A stretch of DNA of 40,129 nt, taken from Spirochaetales bacterium (lineage in GTDB: Bacteria > Spirochaetota > Spirochaetia > Sphaerochaetales > Sphaerochaetaceae). The DNA lies in assembly GCA_028723145.1 (NCBI GenBank), contig JAQYFM010000119.1:1-40129 (forward strand), given 5' to 3'. Numbering within the stretch: the stretch's first letter is position 1; every line of letters starts with the position of its first letter. The notes beneath the pieces were generated by a model. It searched no databases. It was not told the origin of the DNA and saw only the letters and a program-made list of their open reading frames with translations. Of this stretch, positions 19,297 through 28,773 are shown piece by piece. The translations under genes and the position numbers were made by a program.

Positions 19297-19902
19297 ATGA
19301 AAAAACTAACAGTATTACTATTAATAATACTTGCTATGCTCCCACTCTTTGCATATTCAGAAGAAGAGGAATATGGAACATACTCGTATTACAATATTTC
19401 AACTGGATATGGGGCACTATTATCATCAAATGCAAATTATTATACTTTGGATTTAGGTTGTACATTTAACTTCGCAGCGCTTAATAACACCTCTTCTTTT
19501 GGAATAGGTCTAGGAACACGCTGTGATTTTCTCTTAGGTCTAAACAGCTCAAATACTAAAAAATATGCTGGTGTTGATGTATTAGTTGGTCCATTTTTCC
19601 ATGTAGGCATTAATAGAGCTTTATCATTAAATATTACAGCAGGACCTCTTTTCTACACTTATTATGTAGATAACTTATCTAAAGAGCGCTATGCAATTGG
19701 ACCTGGGGTTGATGGAGCAATTACAATAACACCACCAACCTTTGATAATATTTCATTTAGCTTTGGCTCTTTAGTTGCCGCTGCTTTTAGCTTGAATAAT
19801 GATCCAACATCAATTTTTGTTGTTCCATATATTTCATTTAATATACATTTCAATCAGAGCTACTACACACCATATCCATATGGCGCACTAGTGATTTACT
19901 AG
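19297..19902 (+). CDS. Exported beta-rich protein, putative small outer-membrane beta-barrel (paralog 1)
   Basis: Signal peptide, alternating hydrophobic/Gly strands, aromatic C-terminus PYGALVIY. Confidence 0.6.
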   Translation: MKKLTVLLLIILAMLPLFAYSEEEEYGTYSYYNISTGYGALLSSNANYYTLDLGCTFNFAALNNTSSFGIGLGTRCDFLLGLNSSNTKKYAGVDVLVGPFFHVGINRALSLNITAGPLFYTYYVDNLSKERYAIGPGVDGAITITPPTFDNISFSFGSLVAAAFSLNNDPTSIFVVPYISFNIHFNQSYYTPYPYGALVIY

Positions 19903-19944
19903 ATTGTGTGGCCCAAAATATAATAGAAAGTGTATTTACAGAGT

Positions 19945-19972
19945 AAAAGGGGGGAATTTCTTCTCTTTTTTT
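19945..19972 (+). terminator. Possible weak terminator between the paralogs
   Basis: AAAAGGGGGGAA...TTCTTCTCTTTTTTT, G-U-rich stem with T tract. Confidence 0.4.
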
Positions 19973-20035
19973 GTACTAATTTGTATCCTTATATTAATAT
20001 TGTGTATTACTATATATATATAAGAGGTATTGCTA

Positions 20036-20647
20036 ATGAAAAAAATATTATGTGTCCTACTACTTTCACTATTAGTAATTTTACCTGTAGTAGCTGATGA
20101 TTTTTTTGATGATGACGATGATGATTTTTTCTCATATTCAAACATCACAACAGGCTATGGTGCTTTAGTTCAGTCAGGCAAAGTACTAAATAGCTTTGAT
20201 TTAGGATTTTCTTTTAATTTTGCAGGTATGAATAATTCACGAACACTTGGAATAGGACTAGGATCAAGATTTGATGTACTATTTGGAGTTGGAAATGGTG
20301 GAATTAATTCATATCTTTCAGTAGATGCTTTAATTGGACCTTTTTTCCACATCCCATTTAATAGAACTGTTGCTTTAAACTTAACAGTTGGACCATTCTT
20401 TAACTTCTATTCAACAGGAAGCTTATCAAGTGATGAACATGTATCAATCGGACCTGCCGTTGATTGCTCTGTTTCACTCACTCCACCAGGTTTTGATGGA
20501 ATTTCTTTTGGAATTGGTTCACTTTTTAGTGCAAACATTAGCTTAAAGGATGATCCAAATTCATTCTCATTTATCCCATATGTTGCATTTAATATCCAAT
20601 TCTCAGATTCATACTATCCACCATATGGTGCATTAGTAATTTATTAA
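20036..20647 (+). CDS. Exported beta-rich protein, putative small outer-membrane beta-barrel (paralog 2)
   Basis: ATG 20036 after AAGAGG; shares NI[ST]TGYGAL, DLG..FNFA, GIGLG.R.D.L.G, GPFFH, IGP.VD, TPP.FD.ISF, PYGALVIY with paralog 1. Confidence 0.6.
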   Translation: MKKILCVLLLSLLVILPVVADDFFDDDDDDFFSYSNITTGYGALVQSGKVLNSFDLGFSFNFAGMNNSRTLGIGLGSRFDVLFGVGNGGINSYLSVDALIGPFFHIPFNRTVALNLTVGPFFNFYSTGSLSSDEHVSIGPAVDCSVSLTPPGFDGISFGIGSLFSANISLKDDPNSFSFIPYVAFNIQFSDSYYPPYGALVIY

Positions 20648-20655
20648 AATATAAA

Positions 20656-20690
20656 CCTCTTATTGGGTATCACCGATAAGAGGATTTTTT
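20656..20690 (+). terminator. Intrinsic terminator between convergent genes
   Basis: CCTCTTATTGG-GTATCA-CCGATAAGAGG then T tract. Confidence 0.7.
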
Positions 20691-21886
20691 TACTCATTTG
20701 AGGAAAGTATTTTTTCGGCTATATTAATTACAGTTTTAAAAGAGTAATCACACTGTAAATAAGCGTAGCTTTTTGTCCTCTTAAATACTAAGCCATGCTC
20801 AGCTTTTTCAACAGAATAAAAACCACCACCAATTCTAGGGTTATCAAAACTAGTAAATCCATTACCAAATACAATAACTTTACTCTCTCCAGATTTTAGA
20901 GTGTTATTCATTGGAGAGTTAAATACACCATGGTGATTCATAAAACCAAAACCTGTAGTAAGAGAGAAGACTTGAGGGGTTCCACCTTCATAAAGTGCCC
21001 ATGGAGAGTCCATACGACCTAGATAGTTGAATGAAAAATCAATATTTGGGAACTTCAAATATTCATCAGAAAGTTTACTTCCTACTCCTGGGAAAAATGT
21101 TGTGTAAAGTAGTTGTTGTCTAGGGTTAATAATAGAGGTATATCCTAATTCCGTATCTCTCTTAAGTTCACCCATTATATAGTCATATGTACTTGTTGGA
21201 CCTGGAACATAGGAAAGATCTATATTTTGACCTCGAAGCCCAGGACAATGCTTTAAATCATTAAAGTGTTGTCCACTTTTTAGTCTATTAAAAGCAACTT
21301 CTCTTAAATTAGGAGGAAATGCAGTAAAATCTGCCGAGGAGGAAGATATTAAACATCCTGATTCCAAGAAAGGCGCAGAGAGCATTGAGTGAATAGATAA
21401 ATTGTAATCTAGATCGACTTCATCTGTATTTGTGATTTTTATATAGGTATAAAGTACAGGATCTGCAGGAAGCATGATATCAATTTTTGAAATATGATAG
21501 CGATTATTTTCCTCCCTTGATTTCATCTCAGAAAGTCGCCAAACTCCCCCATAATTACTCTCACTACCATACCGTCTAAGCATCCAATAAGTATTAGAAG
21601 TAAGAATATGTTCCTCATCGGAGGATGGAAAAGTAAAGTATATTCCACCAGCGGTATAAGTTCTCTGCTTACTCTTATACCAATCGGTATTTTCATCTGA
21701 TAATACACCTATTCCAGTACCTCTAAAGTATGGAATTGAAAGTGCATTTACCCTTCCTCCTTGGATATTTAGGCTACTCAATTCTATGGTAATTTCACCT
21801 TGGTCCTCTATAACTGCTTTAACAATATCATTACTCATAACGGTAGCATTTCTTGAAACCCATAGAGGCATACGGCGAATATCCAT
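20690..21886 (-). CDS. Hypothetical protein, possible galactose mutarotase-like beta-sandwich
   Basis: ~398-aa ORF; 'YIKITNT......NLSIHSML..PFL' resembles aldose-1-epimerase fold; divergent from alpha-galactosidase; start 21886 or 21892. Confidence 0.5.
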   Translation of the reverse strand: MDIRRMPLWVSRNATVMSNDIVKAVIEDQGEITIELSSLNIQGGRVNALSIPYFRGTGIGVLSDENTDWYKSKQRTYTAGGIYFTFPSSDEEHILTSNTYWMLRRYGSESNYGGVWRLSEMKSREENNRYHISKIDIMLPADPVLYTYIKITNTDEVDLDYNLSIHSMLSAPFLESGCLISSSSADFTAFPPNLREVAFNRLKSGQHFNDLKHCPGLRGQNIDLSYVPGPTSTYDYIMGELKRDTELGYTSIINPRQQLLYTTFFPGVGSKLSDEYLKFPNIDFSFNYLGRMDSPWALYEGGTPQVFSLTTGFGFMNHHGVFNSPMNNTLKSGESKVIVFGNGFTSFDNPRIGGGFYSVEKAEHGLVFKRTKSYAYLQCDYSFKTVINIAEKILSSNE

Positions 21887-21950
21887 TTTCAAAACTTCCT
21901 TTTCAACATATACTCTATATTATGGTTTGTAATTTTGAAAGGAGTTTTTC

Positions 21951-24224
21951 ATGATCACAGTAAAAAATAATATGTTCCATTTAGCAACAGCTAATACCAG
22001 TTACATTTTTTATATAAATGAAAGTGGAATTGCAGAGCACCTTTACTATGGTAAACGTTTAAGAAATCCTGAATACGATATTTCTGCGCTCAGAGAAAAA
22101 CGTCTTTGCCCTCGAGTAAATGAAACTTCTCTAAGTCCACAAGATACTACTCTTCAAATGACAAACTTAATGAGTGAGTTTTCTACAGAAGATAAAGGTG
22201 ACTATCGCACTCCTTCTATAGCAATTAGCTATGGAAAAAAGAAGATTAGAACACTTGATCTAAGATTTAAGTCCTATTCCCATTTCCAAGGAATTGAGCG
22301 TTTTTCATCTCCTCTAGTTCAAGCCATCGGCACAGATCAAAACACTTGTGGAATTATATTAGAATTTGTCGATGCAATTGCATGTGTTAAAGCACTCTTT
22401 TATTACACACTCTTTGATGACAGTGATGTAATTACAAGAAGAGTAACTATTGAGAACATAGGTTCAGACCCTCTTATTCTAAGAAGCATCTACTCTCTTC
22501 AGCTTGACCTTCCAGAACATGATTATGATTTCATTACTTTAAATGGTGCTCAGCTAAGGGAAAGGCACCCTATTTCAAGACCTCTTGAACAAGGAATAAT
22601 TATTAATGAAACAAGAAAGGGAGCATCCTCATCGGAAAGTAATCCAGCTGTAATATTAAAGCGTCATAATAGCGATGAATGCTATATGACCAATTTAATT
22701 TACTCAGGATCTCATAGAGAGGTTGCAGAAGTTAATCAATTTGGAAAAACTCACATTTTAACAGGTATTAATGATTCAACCTTTGAAGCTGAACTTGATC
22801 CTTCAACAGCTTTTGAATCTCCTGAGGCATTAATGCTTTATTCAAATATGGGTTTAGGTGATTTAGCAGATAAGATGCACCACTTTGTAAGAGAACATAT
22901 TCAAAGAGGTGTATGGAAAAATAGATTACGCCCTGTATCTTTTAATACGTGGGAAGCTTTACACTTTAATTTCGATGAACACGGTATTATTACTCAAATA
23001 AAGGCTGCCGCTGAACTTGGATTTGAGTTATTCGTACTTGATGATGGTTGGTTCTCTGTTAGAAATGATGGTACAACATCTCTTGGAGATTGGACTGTTA
23101 ATTCTTTAAAAATACCTAGTGGTATTTCTCAAATATCAAAAGAATGTCATAGAAGAGGTATGCTCTTCGGACTATGGTTTGAACCTGAAATGGTTAGCCC
23201 TGGGACAAATTTACTAAAAAAGCACCCTGATTGGCTTTTAGGAGATCCTGCTAGAAAAACTCATGCAGTACAACGTAATCAATACTTTTTAGATATAACT
23301 AGAGAGGATTGCCAAGATTACCTTGTTACTACAATCAAACAGCTCATTCAAAATGGAAGCATTGATCATATCAAATGGGATATGAATCGTCATTTAAGTG
23401 ATATGTATTCAGTAAACCCTGAAATAAGAAGCATGGGAGAATATCAACATAGATATATTCTAGCGTTAAATAGAATGCAAAGAGCTATTACCTCAAGCTT
23501 CCCTAATCTTTCTATTGAAAACTGTGCTTCAGGTGGTGCAAGATTTGACTTAGGAATGTTATCTTCTGGTACTTCTATTTGGACCAGTGATTCAACGGAT
23601 GCAGTTGAAAGGCTTGCAATCATGAAGGGTACCTTAATGGCATACCCACTCAGTGTTTGTGGAACCTGTGTTTCCCCTTCTCCTAACTATGCAACCTTCC
23701 GACCAGTTGATTTAGAAACAAGATTTGATGTTGCATTATTTGGAGTACTTAGTTATTCACTAAATCTTACAAAGTTATCTAAAGCAGAAAAGGATGCTAT
23801 AAAAAAACAAATTGAATTCTACAAGCAATATCGCCAGGTAATACAATTTGGCATTTTCCGCTGCGAAGAAAAAGATTCAATAACTTACTTTACTGCATCA
23901 TCTCCTGATAGAACAACAATTTTAGTTCTATATATGCAAAAACTATTAAAGTCAAACTGCGAAGATGATATCCTCAGAGTTCCTCTTGCAGATGAAAACT
24001 ATGTATATAGAGTTGTAAGAAGAGATGATAGCGCCCCTATTTGGGATATTGGTAAAGATGTAAGAGATTATAAAAAAGAGGAAGAGGTATATGAGGTATC
24101 AGGAGATACTCTCAAATGGGCTGGAATAAAACTTTCTACAAGATATTCAGGCTCAGGATACAACACAGGAATGCGTGTAATGCCTGATTTCTCATCAAGA
24201 CTTTATATCATTAAAAAAATCTGA
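21951..24224 (+). CDS. Alpha-galactosidase, GH36
   Basis: GDYRTP, NTWEA..F, FVLDDGWF, FGLWFEPEMVS, IKWDMNR, ENCASGGARFDLG, WTSDSTD. Confidence 0.93.
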   Translation: MITVKNNMFHLATANTSYIFYINESGIAEHLYYGKRLRNPEYDISALREKRLCPRVNETSLSPQDTTLQMTNLMSEFSTEDKGDYRTPSIAISYGKKKIRTLDLRFKSYSHFQGIERFSSPLVQAIGTDQNTCGIILEFVDAIACVKALFYYTLFDDSDVITRRVTIENIGSDPLILRSIYSLQLDLPEHDYDFITLNGAQLRERHPISRPLEQGIIINETRKGASSSESNPAVILKRHNSDECYMTNLIYSGSHREVAEVNQFGKTHILTGINDSTFEAELDPSTAFESPEALMLYSNMGLGDLADKMHHFVREHIQRGVWKNRLRPVSFNTWEALHFNFDEHGIITQIKAAAELGFELFVLDDGWFSVRNDGTTSLGDWTVNSLKIPSGISQISKECHRRGMLFGLWFEPEMVSPGTNLLKKHPDWLLGDPARKTHAVQRNQYFLDITREDCQDYLVTTIKQLIQNGSIDHIKWDMNRHLSDMYSVNPEIRSMGEYQHRYILALNRMQRAITSSFPNLSIENCASGGARFDLGMLSSGTSIWTSDSTDAVERLAIMKGTLMAYPLSVCGTCVSPSPNYATFRPVDLETRFDVALFGVLSYSLNLTKLSKAEKDAIKKQIEFYKQYRQVIQFGIFRCEEKDSITYFTASSPDRTTILVLYMQKLLKSNCEDDILRVPLADENYVYRVVRRDDSAPIWDIGKDVRDYKKEEEVYEVSGDTLKWAGIKLSTRYSGSGYNTGMRVMPDFSSRLYIIKKI

Positions 24225-24237
24225 GGAAAGGAATATT

Positions 24238-25197
24238 ATGAATAATATTGTAGTTGCAGGAGGTGGTGTTTTTGGTACTTCGATATCAGAGCGCCTCGCA
24301 TGGAATAGTAATAACAATGTAGTAATTCACTCTGTAGAAGAGGATGTAGTTGAATCAATAAACACAGAGCATAAGAACAAAAAGTACTTCCCTACTCGTT
24401 TCTTAAATCGCTCATTAAAAGCTACAACAGACTACAAAGTATTTGAGGATGCTGATGAAATTTTCTTAGTAATTCCATCAAAAGCAATTGTACCTTTTTC
24501 AAAAGAGATAAAAAAATATATCACAAAAAAAGATCCTTTAGTAATAAACTTAGCAAAGGGAATGAGTGATGATGGTGCTTTTATCACAGAGAAAATCCCA
24601 TTTAATAGAACAGCTAGCATGAAGGGACCTTCATTTGCAATCGAAGTTTTAAATGGTTTTCCAACCGCATTCACATTTGGTGGTTCTCAAGTAGATTTCG
24701 ACCACGTTAAAAATGATTTATTTAAAAATACAGGTTTAACCCTCGACCATACAGATGATATTAGAGCTGTAGAGCTTGCATCAATATTAAAAAATATGTA
24801 TGCAATTGCGATTGGTCTTGTATCAGGAAGATATAATAGTCCTAACGTTGACTTCTTAGTATACACTAAGGCTGTTAATGAAATTAGAGAACTATTGAAG
24901 ATTTTCAATTGTGATGAAGAGGTTATTTTTAAATACTGTGGAATTGGAGACCTTGGTCTTACAGGTTTAAATGATCTTTCAAGAAATAGAACATTTGGTA
25001 TGCTAATTGGTAAAGGTTTTAGCCATGAAAATGGGGAAAGTGCTACTGTAATTGAAGGTTACAGAACAATAAAACTCTTTGGTGAAATGACAAAAGAAAA
25101 GCACCTAGAGGCAAAATTCCCATTAGTACAAGCACTTTATAGATTAATGTATCAAGGCTCAAGTCTTAATGACTACCTTATTACAGCACTCTCATAA
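24238..25197 (+). CDS. gpsA: NAD(P)H-dependent glycerol-3-phosphate dehydrogenase
   Basis: GGGVFGT, NLAKG, GPSFAIEV, LKNMYAIA.G, GIGDLGLT, SRN, IEG. Confidence 0.85.
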   Translation: MNNIVVAGGGVFGTSISERLAWNSNNNVVIHSVEEDVVESINTEHKNKKYFPTRFLNRSLKATTDYKVFEDADEIFLVIPSKAIVPFSKEIKKYITKKDPLVINLAKGMSDDGAFITEKIPFNRTASMKGPSFAIEVLNGFPTAFTFGGSQVDFDHVKNDLFKNTGLTLDHTDDIRAVELASILKNMYAIAIGLVSGRYNSPNVDFLVYTKAVNEIRELLKIFNCDEEVIFKYCGIGDLGLTGLNDLSRNRTFGMLIGKGFSHENGESATVIEGYRTIKLFGEMTKEKHLEAKFPLVQALYRLMYQGSSLNDYLITALS

Positions 25198-25200
25198 GCT

Positions 25201-26472
25201 ATGGATTTCATTCTCCCTTTTTCTCAAGCAGAAACCCTTTTAAGAGAAGAGATAAAAAACATTAAAGAATGTGGTTATTTTGACTACAAGTCAAAAAACC
25301 CATCCTTTTCTATTTCTGATTATCTAGAAAATAAAGGCATTATGCTTGGCCTATTAATTGCAAGAACAAAAACAGAAGAAAGAGTTGTACTAAAAGCTTT
25401 TTCAGGAGCTTTGAGTTCTTCATATATTGTTGAAGGCTTTACACCTCCTTGTTTTTCAGTTAATGCATTTGAAGAAGTTGTTAGTGAGTATGACTCAAAG
25501 CTACATTGCTACACAGATCGAATAGAAATGGGAGAAGAGGATTTAATCCCAACTAGGAGATTGCTTTCAAATGAGTGCTTAGAAAAAATTAAAGAGCTCT
25601 ATACCTTCTACACTATAAATGGAAAGATTAAGTTTTCAGATATTAAAAACTTAAATTACACAACAGGTATGGGCGATTGCGCAACAATAAAGCTTCTTTC
25701 CTATTGTTTCAAAAAGGGATTTACACCAATTTCGCTTGCAGAAATATTTTTTGGTCATGATAGTGATACAAGAAAAGATGGTAATCTTTATCCTCCTTGT
25801 GATGAAAAGTGTAAACCTCTCATAAAGTATCTATTTAACATCGATTTACTATATAGCGATGATGATATTGCTATTATCAATAAGGATGCTGGGTTACTAT
25901 CAACTCCAGGAAGAGGAGAAGATAAATGGGATTCAGCATCAGTTAGGATTAAAGCACTTTTTCCTGATGCCCCAGAGCTTCCTTCTTGTCATCGTTTAGA
26001 TATGGATACATCAGGTATAATGGTATTTGCTAAAACAGAAAAAGCAAAAAGAGAAATTTCAATGCAATTTGAAAGTAGAAAAACTGAAAAGGTTTATGAA
26101 GCTCTCCTTAGAGGTGTTTTAACTAAAGAAAGTGGTACAATTAATCTCCCAATGCGTTTAGATGTCGATAATAGACCATACCAAATTGTAGATTTTGAAA
26201 AAGGTAAAAGCGCACTTACAGATTATAAGAGAGTAAGAATTGAAGTTTTAAATAATGAAAAGGTTAGTCGTGTTCTCTTCTATCCTCATACAGGAAGGAC
26301 CCATCAAATTAGAGTTCATGCAGCAAGTGGCCTCAATCTACCTATTGTTGGAGATAGACTTTATGGAGAGAGAAAAGAATTTGAAAGGCTATGCCTTCAT
26401 GCACGTTCCCTTAGCTTTTATCATCCAACTACTGGTGAAAAGCTTACATTCACCTCCAATCCTGAATTTTAA
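25201..26472 (+). CDS. RluA-family pseudouridine synthase with Cys-containing N-terminal extension
   Basis: INKDAGLLSTPG, HRLDMDTSG, TGRTHQIRVH, PIVGDRLYG, LCLHA. Confidence 0.9.
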   Translation: MDFILPFSQAETLLREEIKNIKECGYFDYKSKNPSFSISDYLENKGIMLGLLIARTKTEERVVLKAFSGALSSSYIVEGFTPPCFSVNAFEEVVSEYDSKLHCYTDRIEMGEEDLIPTRRLLSNECLEKIKELYTFYTINGKIKFSDIKNLNYTTGMGDCATIKLLSYCFKKGFTPISLAEIFFGHDSDTRKDGNLYPPCDEKCKPLIKYLFNIDLLYSDDDIAIINKDAGLLSTPGRGEDKWDSASVRIKALFPDAPELPSCHRLDMDTSGIMVFAKTEKAKREISMQFESRKTEKVYEALLRGVLTKESGTINLPMRLDVDNRPYQIVDFEKGKSALTDYKRVRIEVLNNEKVSRVLFYPHTGRTHQIRVHAASGLNLPIVGDRLYGERKEFERLCLHARSLSFYHPTTGEKLTFTSNPEF

Positions 26473-26493
26473 TATTCTATTCTAAAGTTTATA

Positions 26494-26537
26494 GTAAAAA
26501 AATGGGAATAATAGATTAGTATTAATTTATTATTCCC
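26494..26537 (-). terminator. Intrinsic terminator between convergent operons
   Basis: GGGAATAATAGATTA-GTAT-TAATTTATTATTCCC (26504-26537) with adjacent A tract giving a minus-strand U tail. Confidence 0.7.
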
Positions 26538-26543
26538 TAGTAC

Positions 26544-27347
26544 TTAGCATTCAAAAGTAAGATTATTCTTATCCAAACAAGGATATACCCAATTTAAGGA
26601 AAAATCCTTTACATATTCTTTTATTAGTCTTAGGCTCAATTCAATTGAGTTTGGAGAATGGCTATCTGTATTTCTTACAGTTGGAGCCTTTTGATCTTCT
26701 ACCATGTGCCAAAATTCATCACAAGGATATTGGTAGTGTCCATTTACCTTTTTCTTTAGCATTCCATTTCCATTAATTTCAAGAGGAATGTTTTTCTCTT
26801 TTGAAAGCGCGATAATATCTTTTATTACCGCTAAGCTTTCATCCTTATTACCTTGATAAGCTGATAAAAATAAATCAGGATGAGCAACAAATGAAAAGAG
26901 GTTACTTTCCATTGCTTCAATCACAGTTTTCGCATATTGCTTTAAACCATATTCATCCATAGGATTTGTAAATATCGATGAATATCTTCCATCTTTGTCT
27001 TTAATAAAATGTGTTCCAGTAATTAGATAATTAACACGCTTTGAATCTAGTAAATCACGATAGTAGTTATAGTATTCCCTACTGTAATCACATTCATAGG
27101 CGAGTAAGACCTTAAGATTTTGATATTTTGCATCCATTTCTAAAGCATCTTTTTCATATATAGTCATCATCGAATTATCCATTCTTGAAGACTGAAATCT
27201 TCTATCTGGAAGTGGGAGGTGCTCAGAAAAGCCAAGTAGTTCTAGATTTTGACTGATTGCAGCAATACAATATTCATCAAGCGTACCAGAACCATGCCCA
27301 CAATAGAAAGAATGGGTATGAAGATTATAAGCTGTGTACTTTTTCAT
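26544..27347 (-). CDS. PHP-family phosphatase (histidinol-phosphatase HisJ/HisK-like)
   Basis: NLHTHS.YCGH, GFSEH, AHPD, LEIN, TDSH. Confidence 0.8.
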   Translation of the reverse strand: MKKYTAYNLHTHSFYCGHGSGTLDEYCIAAISQNLELLGFSEHLPLPDRRFQSSRMDNSMMTIYEKDALEMDAKYQNLKVLLAYECDYSREYYNYYRDLLDSKRVNYLITGTHFIKDKDGRYSSIFTNPMDEYGLKQYAKTVIEAMESNLFSFVAHPDLFLSAYQGNKDESLAVIKDIIALSKEKNIPLEINGNGMLKKKVNGHYQYPCDEFWHMVEDQKAPTVRNTDSHSPNSIELSLRLIKEYVKDFSLNWVYPCLDKNNLTFEC

Positions 27348-28773
27348 AGGTTTTTAAGTGTTCCTCGTAACTCTGAGAAGTATATAACTTGCCCTCTTTA
27401 TCATGCAAGTAATAAAGATCACTAATTTTTGAAGGAAAAAGGACTGCAAGTATTGCCTCCTCTGATGGACAACCTATTCCAGTTGGAGGAAGTCCTGCCT
27501 TTCTTCTAGTGTTATACGGAGTGTCTTTTTCATATATACTTTGACTAATAACATCACTCCAGTTATTAAGTTCATAGCGAGTAGTAGCATCAATTCCAAG
27601 TGGCATATTTTGTCTATACCTATTTAATATTATTGCAGCAATATCACTCATTTGCGTATTATCTTGAGTTTCACGATTGATAATTGAGGCAATTTTTACA
27701 ATTTCATTTACACTTAAACCACTGTTTACAACTTGTTCAGGATAGTTTTTTAATATTTCAAAAAGAGCGTTATTCATCTCTTCAAGTAAATCTATTGAGG
27801 AAATAAATTTATATTCACCAGAGAGAAAATATCCTTCAGAAAATGATAGTCCATTTGCTTTACTAAAACTTTCAGCTGCTTTTAAAAACTCTCCCGCCTT
27901 AATTAAATCTCTATTTGAGAGTGCAAGATCGATATCATTTAAAGTATAGCCTGGGTATATTAATACACTATCATTCACCTTTTTTGTAGTAATTAGTTTA
28001 GCAACTTCCTCTTCATTAAAAGTTGAATTAATAAGGTATTCACCAGTTCTAATACTACTAGCTAGATTATTTTGATTTACATAAGTCAAAAACAAATCCT
28101 TTTGCAAAAAAGATGGTAAAATTGAGGCAACTTGAGAAGCACTCATTCCAGATTTTATTGTTAGTTTTACACTTAAATCCTCATTAGTTGCCAAATAAAT
28201 ATTACCATTTTCAATTTGCTTTGGCTTATTTATTCTCTTCTTAACTAAGAGTGCAATTGTTAAGATTAATAAAATAATTATTAATAGTATTACAAGATAT
28301 ATTAGGGTATTACTTTTTTCCTTTTTTACAGGGAGAGTTATTTCCTTTTGGACATTCTCTTCTTTCTTGGGAGTATTTTTCTTAACACTCTCCATTAAAG
28401 ATGTTATTTCACTTCTTGTTTCCTTTCCCTTTTCTTCTTTAGATTTTTCAACATTTTTCTTAACATCCTTAGGATTTAAATAAGCAAGCCTTTCTTCTCT
28501 AGTCATATTTGCAAGAGATGGATTGTTCTTTGGAAGTTCTTGTTTATCAAAAACAAGATTAACTTTTGCTTTCTTGCTAGTTATTTCTTTCTTTTCTTGT
28601 GTACTATTAACTTTCTTTTTAACTTCCCCTTCACTCTTCTTAGGAGTAGAAGTTGATTTCTTAGGAGTAGTAGTTTTTTTTACCTTTTCCTCAGTTTGAG
28701 TATTATTCTTACTACTACTTCCTCTCTTTGTAGGGGCACTTTTAGCTGGTACTTTAAATTTATTATCACTCAT
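27325..28773 (-). CDS. mltG: Endolytic transglycosylase MltG with long Lys-rich N-terminal region
   Basis: Single TM after ~155 aa; EGYF, IASIINRE, NRY...MPLGIDAT, PYNT...GLPPT.I..P, YYLH. Confidence 0.85.
   Translation of the reverse strand: MSDNKFKVPAKSAPTKRGSSSKNNTQTEEKVKKTTTPKKSTSTPKKSEGEVKKKVNSTQEKKEITSKKAKVNLVFDKQELPKNNPSLANMTREERLAYLNPKDVKKNVEKSKEEKGKETRSEITSLMESVKKNTPKKEENVQKEITLPVKKEKSNTLIYLVILLIIILLILTIALLVKKRINKPKQIENGNIYLATNEDLSVKLTIKSGMSASQVASILPSFLQKDLFLTYVNQNNLASSIRTGEYLINSTFNEEEVAKLITTKKVNDSVLIYPGYTLNDIDLALSNRDLIKAGEFLKAAESFSKANGLSFSEGYFLSGEYKFISSIDLLEEMNNALFEILKNYPEQVVNSGLSVNEIVKIASIINRETQDNTQMSDIAAIILNRYRQNMPLGIDATTRYELNNWSDVISQSIYEKDTPYNTRRKAGLPPTGIGCPSEEAILAVLFPSKISDLYYLHDKEGKLYTSQSYEEHLKTYEKVHSL

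Noticed and set aside
19112-20690. Genomic island or prophage integrated at tRNA-Cys
   Set aside because: No integrase and no duplicated tRNA 3' end seen; the paralogs lie on the tRNA 5' side
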